A stretch of DNA of 47,573 nt from Sphaeroforma arctica JP610. Taxonomy: Eukaryota. The number at the start of each line of letters is the position of its first letter. Position 1 is the stretch's first letter. A model generated the notes under the pieces. It saw nothing but the letters and a program-made list of their open reading frames with translations, did no database searches and was not told the origin of the DNA. The DNA lies in NCBI RefSeq assembly GCF_001186125.1, contig NW_014040529.1:1-47573 (forward strand), read 5' to 3'. The position numbers were made by a program, and so were the translations under genes. Below, in pieces: positions 39,101 to 47,573 of the stretch.

Positions 39101-39898
39101 ACCTACACAGGTCCTGCTTCTAAGTTGCAATATGTGATCGCAAGTCGTTAAGCCCCGCTACCGTACCTGACATCTTATAGTGGCTTCCAAATGAATCTGC
39201 TTTGGCCGGTGCTGCTGACGTCATCAGCCGATCAACACCCATGTTCACATTCTCCAACACCACCAGGACTTTGGTCAGCCCTTTCAAGCGATAAACATGC
39301 CGCACATTATCACCTAGCACTCGGTCATTGACAAACGATCTGGCCAAGAGTAAATCCATACCGTCATGTATTGACCTCATTATCGCATTCACTGCCTCGG
39401 CGTACATCGGCTCCATTGACAAGAGCCCAATAAAACATGAGGCATGCTAGCTCTGAAAACACTTCAAATCCATGATTAGCGATGACGCCTCCTCTAGTAA
39501 TCAGCCGAGCGAAAATTGTCAGATTGTTCCTTATCTTCTCAGTAGCCTCCTGCACAGGCTCAAATACGATCTGGCGTTGACGCGTGGCTAATCTCCTCTT
39601 GAGCTTGACCATTAAGCGCTTCGCCACTTGTCGTTTCATCTGACCATCCTCATCCTCGAGCTCCAACGTATATACTTCATCTGACTGCGGCAATGCGCCT
39701 CCTGCATCACAATAAGCCAACAAACGAAACAAATGGTGTGCGAGCACAGCCCACATTTCATATGTCTGCAAGTTCTGCAATACGCTAACCACCAACCATG
39801 GCTCATCGACATATTTTCCCGCTAAACGGTCATCCGTCAGCAACATTTCCTTCCTTGGTGAAACAAATTGTGTGCGAGCACAACCCACATTCCATAAG
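36157..39898 (-). mobile_element. Degenerate Ty3/gypsy retrotransposon B: gag, protease, RT, RNase H and a Dam-like domain; both ends truncated
   Basis: Gag-like ORFs at 39888-39120, knuckle CHNCK*KCHFKKFCP (about 38935-38890), protease VYVDTGATPSLV, RT WRCCINYKKLN..YPVP..GFCQ and YIDD (about 37550), connection FVWGRAQQEA, RNase H LYCDAC..AIVYCL..YHEPLV..PGALNPVADVQSR. It is cut by (TA)n and a gap at its 3' end and by element C at its 5' end. Confidence 0.92.
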
Positions 39899-42228
39899 TC
39901 AGCAAGTTCTTAGAAACCTATGGTCGGTTGAGCCATCTCGCTACCGAAGTTTTCAGATATAGATAGATTTGGAATGTAGATATAGTTCTATTAATAGAAT
40001 TAGATTAAATCATATGTTCAGTATTTTACTGGGGTTTTTTAATGGCCTTGTCCAAATATCTGATATGTAAAATGGAAAAGGTATTAATTAATAAAACTGT
40101 TAAAAACCATTTAGGAAACTTAAGTTCCTCGTACTATTAAGAGTACGTTTATAGTTTACGTACTGCGCAAGAGTACGTTCATAACATGGAGTCTAATGTG
40201 GAGGCCCGGCTATTGCACAGCCCCCACCCAGCTTTGGACCCAGGAGAAGCAAGTTGTTCACTCGAGCTGATTATGGGTCNNNNNNNNNNNNNNNNNNNNN
40301 NNNNNNNNNNNNNNNNNNNNNNNNNNNNNNNNNNNNNNNNNNNNNNNNNNNNNNNNNNNNNNNNNNNNNNNNNNNNNNNNNNNNNNNNNNNNNNNNNNNN
40401 NNNNNNNNNNNNNNNNNNNNNNNNNNNNNNNNNNNNNNNNNNNNNNNNNNNNNNNNNNNNNNNNNNNNNNNNNNNNNNNNNNNNNNNNNNNNNNNNNNNN
40501 NNNNNNNNNNNNNNNNNNNNNNNNNNNNNNNNNNNNNNNNNNNNNNNNNNNNNNNNNNNNNNNNNNNNNNNNNNNNNNNNNNNNNNNNNNNNNNNNNNNN
40601 NNNNNNNNNNNNNNNNNNNNNNNNNNNNNNNNNNNNNNNNNNNNNNNNNNNNNNNNNNNNNNNNNNNNNNNNNNNNNNNNNNNNNNNNNNNNNNNNNNNN
40701 NNNNNNNNGGTCGACTGGACGTTTCTTACGCTTCAGTGTCTTAAGCACATATGAAGGGTGAGTATTAAAGCTCGGGATAAATACTGTAGGCGGGTAAGTT
40801 TTAACTTCCGTGCCTTCCGACGATGGAAACATGCTATTTCTTTTAGCTTGACTTATGCAGGCGTTTACGCCATTTTTGAGTAAAGGATTTTAAATAGTCT
40901 TGATTATCGAAGCATCTAAAGTCAACTCAGCGATTGTACCGTCTATAAAGCGTGTACGATAGCATGTATAGCCTCCTTTATCCGTTCTCCATATAATGTC
41001 TTTAAATTCAGAACGATCAAGAGGGGCATTAGAGTCGTGTCTTCTTGCGAGAATAATCTCAGTAGTCGGAATCCGACTAGTGCTTATATTTAAGCAATAC
41101 TCTGCTCTCATTTTGGTAGCATTCCATCTATTTTGCCTTTTTAATAAAGCAATATTGCGTGTTTCTCGCAAGCAAGGATATACAACGTTACAAATACGAT
41201 GTGCCTCTTCTAAGCATGGTTACTCATGGTGATTAGGTTCGTCCTTGTTAAAAGGTATTTGTAACTAACTATATCTGCCACGAAAATAGTGAGCGGGTGT
41301 AGTACCTGTAACCGGATCAGCACACTCGTTCATCTTTGTGCGGTTTTTATGGCATACTTCTCTTATGGCATATGCCTGATACGAGTACTAGCGATTCCAT
41401 TATGTCATCCCCAAACTCACTACCGTTATCAGTACACATAATACCTGGCCACCCGTGGTCAGCAAAGACTTGGCAACATAACTCTGCCACGGTTTGCGTA
41501 CTCTTATCCTTTAACGGATAGAGCAAGTTATACCGTGACGCCACATCAAAGAAGTGGCATACGTAACGGTCGCCTGTGTGCCCGGACGTGGGCAGGTCAA
41601 CCAGATCAATGATGACCTTGCGCCATGGAACATCTTCAGTCGCACTCTTAAGCGGTGCGAACCCCTAGCGCTTAATCTGGTTGAGATCACAGTCTGTACA
41701 TGACTGATGTACTCTGTCAACTAAAGTTGCCAGCTTAGGGTGGGCGATCCCATTTAGCTTAGCATCGTTAAGTGCGTCTACTACGTTCTGCTGCTTCAGC
41801 GTATGGTTTTGCGTGCTCCTTTCATGCTTTCAGCATAGTAGTAGCATTTTTAGCCTTCTCCAACTGATAATATTTATACGATGACGGCTTAAAACTTTGC
41901 TGTGCTGCTTCGAACCATATGTTCTTACGTAGATTTGTTGTGAGCATAATCTGACCAAAATCCTTCAAAGATCTAGATAACGCCGGACTGCTCGTATTGA
42001 AAAGACCATTGCGGTGTTTTTGATCAGGTCTGTATGTCACTGATAGTTGACTTCTATCCTTAACAAACTTCTTGCCTGCGACAGCCTTCTCCGTTTGAAT
42101 TACTCGCAGTGTAGAAACAATCTCGGTATCAATCCTGCCTTGATCCATTGCTGCGAGAGATTCGGCCTCCGCTTTATTCATACGAACTGTGAATGCTACA
42201 TTGCTGACAGTCTCGCTGAGAGACTGCG
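39899..42228 (-). mobile_element. Degenerate Ty3/gypsy retrotransposon C: integrase, PPT and 3' LTR
   Basis: Integrase ASRYNLLYPLKDKSTQTVAELCCQVFADHGWPGIMCTDNGSEFG and tail YPPTVFIPSF are homologous to element A. PPT GGGTGGGGGC (40229-40220) directly precedes the LTR TGTGCAATA.. (40219-39899). A gap at 40280-40708 lies inside. Confidence 0.85.
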
Positions 42229-43324
42229 AGTCCTAACCTCATAACGTATGTGCGTCATGTTGACTTTGACACGTGTAACGGATATATTTTTAACGTTGCA
42301 ACATATTTTGGTATATTGTGACCTGTGTATTGTGACTTGAATAGTGTACCTATTGAAAACCTTTCGGTCTCGATTTTTGATACTTTAGAATGAGTGTTCT
42401 GTTTTTAGGAGGCTATGGAAATTGGAATGAGTTGTCAGGACAAAAATCGGCCTATCCTGGAATTTGGCCCTACTATTATATAAACGGGATACTGAAATGG
42501 AAGTATACGTTTGATTTTCAGCGATTAACGGATCGCTTTGCTTGCGTTGCAACTTGTAACGATATTTATGAGGTTAGGCTGCGACTTCCGAACAGTAGTA
42601 CGTTTCGAATAATCGAATGTCATCCACAAACAGGGGGAGCTCCCCAATATTTTAACCCAATTCGATTGGACAATATCATTATTGTCGTAGCACGGGCACC
42701 CTCAGGAGTATTTTTTTTTGGGAACTGGGGAAGTTAAAAAATAGTTAAAAAAAAATGAGAGGAAGTTGACAGTGACAGTGTGACACTCTCTTGACTTCAA
42801 CCTCTTTGAGTCTTGAGTCTAAAAAAGGTATAAAAAAAAAGTTGTTCATAGGGATAATATTATTTATTTCAAACTGTTCATAGTGTAAGTGACATAGTAG
42901 ACACTCTATTTACTACTATAGAGTTGAGAGTCTAGAGTCTAGACAGTTGTACACTTCTTGGACTGGGACTTATCCGATATATATATAAACGTTGAAACGG
43001 TTACATTTGGCGGGCCAAATTCTAGGTCAGACAATAGGCATATACAAAGTTTACTTTTGTCCTGCCACCACATTATTATAGCATCTATCGAGACCAAAAA
43101 TATATAATATGGGTGCACTATTCAGGACACAATGTACAGGTCAAATTTTACATAGACATCTAAACGCCAGTTTTAGTTTACTGTCACCATTTTCATAATT
43201 TTAATTGGTTGGGTATTGTAAATACTTTCCAAAATACGTTGCAACGCCAAACATAATCCGTTAAATGTTGTAAAGTCTACCTTTTTTAGTTAGAATATAA
43301 ATACATGATGTGAGGCTAACGACT
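42229..43324. mobile_element. Non-autonomous element with long degenerate terminal inverted repeats (MITE/foldback-like)
   Basis: 42229-42373 is the reverse complement of 43087-43324 (shared blocks ATCGAGACC, CACTATTCA, ACAGGTCA, CCAAAATA.GTTGCAACG, ATCCGTTA, TGAGG.TA), with insertions in the right arm. No recognisable coding sequence inside. Confidence 0.7.
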
Positions 43325-43329
43325 AAATA

Positions 43330-44481
43330 AACGTTAAATATAAGGTGTGGAAGCTGGAATGTGGACTATTTATGGAATGTGTGGAAAGTGAAGACTGCTG
43401 GAGTGTGGGCAGTGGACAGTGCCCAGTGTACACTGTCACTGGTGAATGGTGAGTGGTGAGTGGTGAGTGGCTGAGTGGTGACCGGACTCATGGAACTGGT
43501 TTATTAGACATCAGTGGTTTTTACACTATGTTTAGTCGACAATATGTAGTAAATATATGTACAATATTGTAAATATTTACATACATATGTAAATACATAT
43601 GGATGTTTTAGGGTATGTAAATACATATGTGTAATATATTTAAAAAAAAAGAAAAAAAAGAAAAAGAAAATTGTATGTACGTACGGATTTTTTTAAATTA
43701 AAATATGTATAACACGAGTCTTGACTGTTGAGTAAATATTGACTGAACTACTACTACTAGTAGAGAGCTCAAAGCTGAGTGCTGAGTGCTGGGCTGCTGA
43801 CTGCTGTGAACTGCTAACTGCTGACTGTGCTATGTCGCTGACTGCCGAGTGCTGACTGCTGACTGCTGACTTCTGACTGCTGACTGTGGCCCACTTTCCT
43901 CCACTACTGTATAGTGTATAGTAGTATGTATTGTGGTTTCAGAAGTCTACTTCTTTGGGGGAAGTCCGGGGAGATTCCGTCTGAGCCCTCTGTAGGCCCT
44001 GTGCCGGCCTTGGGGGTGAGGTCCCGTTCGGTTCATCCCGCATCGCCAGTTCTGCTTACCAAAAATGGCCCACACGGAACTTGGATTCAGTGTCGCTCTC
44101 TTGCCTCTGTGGGGCAATCCCGGTGGGGGCTCTCCTAAGTCCTAACAGATAAGTGATCACCCATTTTTAAAATAATTAATACTCTGAACATGACCCTCTA
44201 CTAGAGACGAAATAAAATAATATGCCTGATCGGACTATTGTCCGAAGGACCTCTGAACTTCTAAAAAGTCTGAGCCTCAGTCTGAGTCTCACTGAGACTC
44301 TTGAGTCTGGACCCTGGAGCTTTGAGCCCCTTGTGTGATAAAAGAGTCCTGTACAATGTCCAATATAAATAGTTAAAAATACATTCGATTTATGTACGTC
44401 ATAGTAGCTAGTACATTACCCTGGGGGCCTGGGGGCCTGGGGGGCCTGGGGACCTGGGGGCCTGGGGACCTGGGGGCCTGG
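43330..44481. repeat. Region of short GC-rich tandem repeats: (TGGTGAG)n, (TGCTGAC)n, (CCTGGGGR)n
   Basis: Arrays at about 43447-43480, 43775-43886 and 44420-44481, plus many 5-8 bp microduplications. Confidence 0.85.
44025..44073 (-). pseudogene. Isolated fragment of cytoplasmic LSU (28S/25S) rRNA, domain II
   Basis: The minus strand reads GTGGGCCATTTTTGGTAAGCAGAACTGGCGATGCGGGATGAACCGAACG, matching the conserved eukaryotic LSU sequence as I recall it. The flanks show only patchy similarity. Confidence 0.9.
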
Positions 44482-45119
44482 CATCCATAGACTACATGTA
44501 GCCTGTAGGCTTATTTGTAGTATGTTCATTATATTGTAAGGAAAAAAAACTTCCCCAAATAACTCTGCACTGTCTGGCGTCGGACTACACTACGTCAACC
44601 CGTTCACACACATGAGGGGTTCTTTTTACGGTCATAAATAACACAGCCAAAAGAAGTAGAATCGAGCCATTTTTAACATACATAGGGCTCTGATCCACTT
44701 ATTTTACACAACAACCGTTCAACATAAAAACGTATTTTTAAAGAAAATAGTATATTATGAATAACACAATACAAAACAGACCGAGGTTATTACTCTCAGA
44801 GAGTAACGCAGTGGATCAGGAATCGGGATAAATATTTCTAAAGTAGATTCACTCTGTCATGGACTCTTGGAGTGGGGAATTATCATCATTCATATTTTAA
44901 TATTTAAAAACCCATGAGAGTGTTCTATTTGTGATAAATAGTATTTCTATTTTCGAATTTCGAATATTGCTGGCCTGGAATGGTCAATACATCTTTCAAT
45001 ATTCAATATGTAAATATATACGACTTGACGCTGAATAACCCCATCACACAAACACACCGCAAGTAAGCTAGAGGGAGCTTCGTATTATTTGTTGTTTACA
45101 AGAATTTCCCGATAACAAC

Positions 45120-46437
45120 ATGCCAGCTCCAGTTTTCTGCCGTGGACAAGACTGTCCTCTGTACAAGAGCATTAAAGAAGTCTCCGACACCGTTGAGCTG
45201 AGATACTACGATGCTTCACATTGGATTTCATTCACCGAATGCGATGAGCACGGCGGTGGCGGCGGTGAGTTTATGAAGTTATTCCACTACATTGGTGGTG
45301 ACAATGATATGAAAATGCGTATCCCCATGTCCACACCTATCCTCAAACAGCAAATTGACGAGAACTGTCACTCTATGAGCTTTTTTAAGCCCTTTTCTAT
45401 CGCTGCCAAAGATCTACCTCAACCCCTTGATGCGGGTGTTCAAATCATCTCTCAGCCAGCTCAAGCATACTATGTACACGCATTTGGAGGGTACATGGAT
45501 GACGCTAAATTCGATCAGAGTATGCAAGCATTTGATGCGGCTGGCATGGAGATCACAGACGATTCCGTATACAGCGCAATGGTGGCCCAGTACGATGCAC
45601 GCTTTCAGCTATTCAACCGACACAATGAAGTGTGGATGCCAGCTTCTAACGTAAGTACAGTTTTATATAGTTCAATTCGAATTTGCTAGTATACTATGTA
45701 AGGATGTGTCCTGCAATGAGTTTTTCCCCGCGTCCTCACAAATGCAGGCTATTTTCCTCTCTTTGTGGAATGTTATATTCGAAAGGAGATCTTGCCATTG
45801 TTAGTCGTGTACTTTTGTTCTGCTTATGGGAAAAAATATTTGAAGCCGTACACTCTTGCGATTATAGTAGCTGAAGCAAACAGTTGAGTCCATTGGTCTA
45901 TTAATCACCTTCAGTAAACCTTTGCGCAGTGTTATCATATCTTTAGTCGTGTTTGTGTTCATACTCGGACCTTTATCACCGGCACACTTTGATGGCAATC
46001 GTGCAGATTCTCTCACCTTGGCTGTGTATTTTTTTATTGCTAACTATACCTTATTTAAATACTGTATCCTATAGGTCTCCATTGATGAGAAGGCTATGCA
46101 GACCTTCTTCTCGTCTGCACAGGCCGCGTCCCACAGGCACCATACACACCACGCACACTCAGGTCCCCACCCCCCACTATGGGTGCATCTGCTTCATGTA
46201 GCGTTCACCGGTCTAGTCTTGATTGCTGTGTTCAGCGGACTTGTGTACTTAGTTGTTAGGGGAGTACGTTACTTGCAGAGAAGGTATAGCAAGAAGGACC
46301 CCACACAGCTTGACTACTTGCCCGTCTCGCAGAGTGATATTGACCTGGTGAACGCGGCTTTCTCTCTCGGGAACGAGAAACCAGAGGCAGAGAAAGCAGA
46401 TAGGATCAATGCTTCTGGATACACAGCTTTAGAGTAG
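45120..46437 (+). CDS. SOUL/HEBP-family heme-binding protein with His-rich linker, C-terminal transmembrane helix and tail
   Basis: Exon 45120-45650 (PVFCRGQDCPLY..ELRYY..W..FMKLFHYIGGDN..IPMSTPI..MSFF..YVHAFGGY..AQYDARFQLFNRHNEVW) splices AAC|GTAAGT..GCTAAC..TAG|GTC in frame to exon 46075-46437 (HRHHTHHAH, LLHVAFTGLVLIAVFSGLVYLVV, tail). An upstream exon is possible. Confidence 0.88.
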
Positions 46438-47573
46438 ATCTCATGTAATGTTGTTGTCGCTTGCTCAGTAATATGTTGAAGCATGGAGCAAGTGACTTAA
46501 ATATTTCTGCACAGAAATAGTATGTGCAGCGGAGCAATCGTCCTTAGTCGATGCTTTCACGTCTGGCTACATCGCGTGCGTCGGTGTAGATGCAGTAGAT
46601 CGTTCTTCCGAGAAATTGGTTGTAATGAATCTAGCTGAATATAAAATAGGGGAACTGTAAAGGATCTGATTCCATATACACTATGTGGAACTCGGACGTA
46701 CAAGTGTATGTGGCGGCAACCTTCTCTGGAGATGGTCGAGCAGCGGTACTGACTCGGTAGTATTCAAAAACATTATTTCTGCGTATACTGATATATTTCT
46801 CATTAAATTGAGACGAAAACGGTAACGCATGGAGTTCGGCCTCTTACAAGTTGCATAGTGCGGCACTGTAAGAGCTCTTGCAGAACTGAGTATATTAAAA
46901 TATAAACTTTGAGAATAGCATAGTTACTGTGTAGTTGACGGTGATTTATTGATTGTATGTGCTGCTTTGTTCCTGAAAATTGTATGCGAAGGGACTGCCT
47001 GTCACGTGATAGCACTGTCCATGTTCATACATAATTTTTTCCTAAGAGATATATTGTACATGATCTGGAATCGGGTTCAGCGTATATATCGTACTGTTTT
47101 TCAAATATACGATTATCCATGAACGAACTTTTTTTTTTAACGTGCACGAGCCAAAATATGATTGTATATGGCAAATAAAAGTATATTTAGTACCGGCGTA
47201 CCAACGTTTACACTTTCATACCCTCCAACCTCTCATGCTGAACTTCTACTACATTGGGAACTTTGAACAATATGCGCTTTGCGAAACATAAATACATAGT
47301 TATTCACACCTATCTAGACATGACATATCTCACGTACACCATAAAAACAGATGTATCTGATATATATATCTACAGTTCACTAGTATACTTTCATATTGTA
47401 CAGATATACACGTATCGGATACGTTTATACAATCTTATACATATGTATGTGCTCTAATACAAGCACAATATACAGAGGTATAGATCGTCGTTTGTATATA
47501 TACAAGAATACGACAGTTTGCTTGAATAAATTTGCGTACATATAATCGTACATAATAAATCTATTCAGCCGTC

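Noticed and set aside
44025..44073. Functional rRNA gene
   Set aside because: Only about 50 nt match, with no surrounding rDNA unit.

Overview
Intron-rich eukaryotic genomic DNA with microsatellites and six assembly gaps. The uL16 sequence looks opisthokont, and a unicellular holozoan such as an ichthyosporean is my inference, not something proven here. I reconstructed five spliced genes by hand: PI31 proteasome regulator (+), a COA7-like Sel1-repeat protein (-), RPL10/uL16 (-), an acidic ribosomal stalk protein (-) and a membrane-anchored SOUL heme-binding protein (+). A transposon island at about 26.2-43.3 kb holds three degenerate Ty3/gypsy elements, LTR remnants, a DNA-transposase remnant and an inverted-repeat element. 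Highlights: (1) the stalk protein N-terminus resembles the supposedly plant-specific P3 family, not P1/P2; (2) one Ty3/gypsy pol carries a DIRS/phage-Dam-like adenine methyltransferase domain right after RNase H; (3) a strand-specific, G-U-rich pre-miRNA-like hairpin sits at 34.9 kb with a second hairpin beside it; (4) two SNORD88/snR76-type C/D snoRNAs lie in separate RPL10 introns; (5) a 49-nt 28S rRNA island sits in a stuttered repeat region. All family assignments are from remembered motifs; no searches were run.
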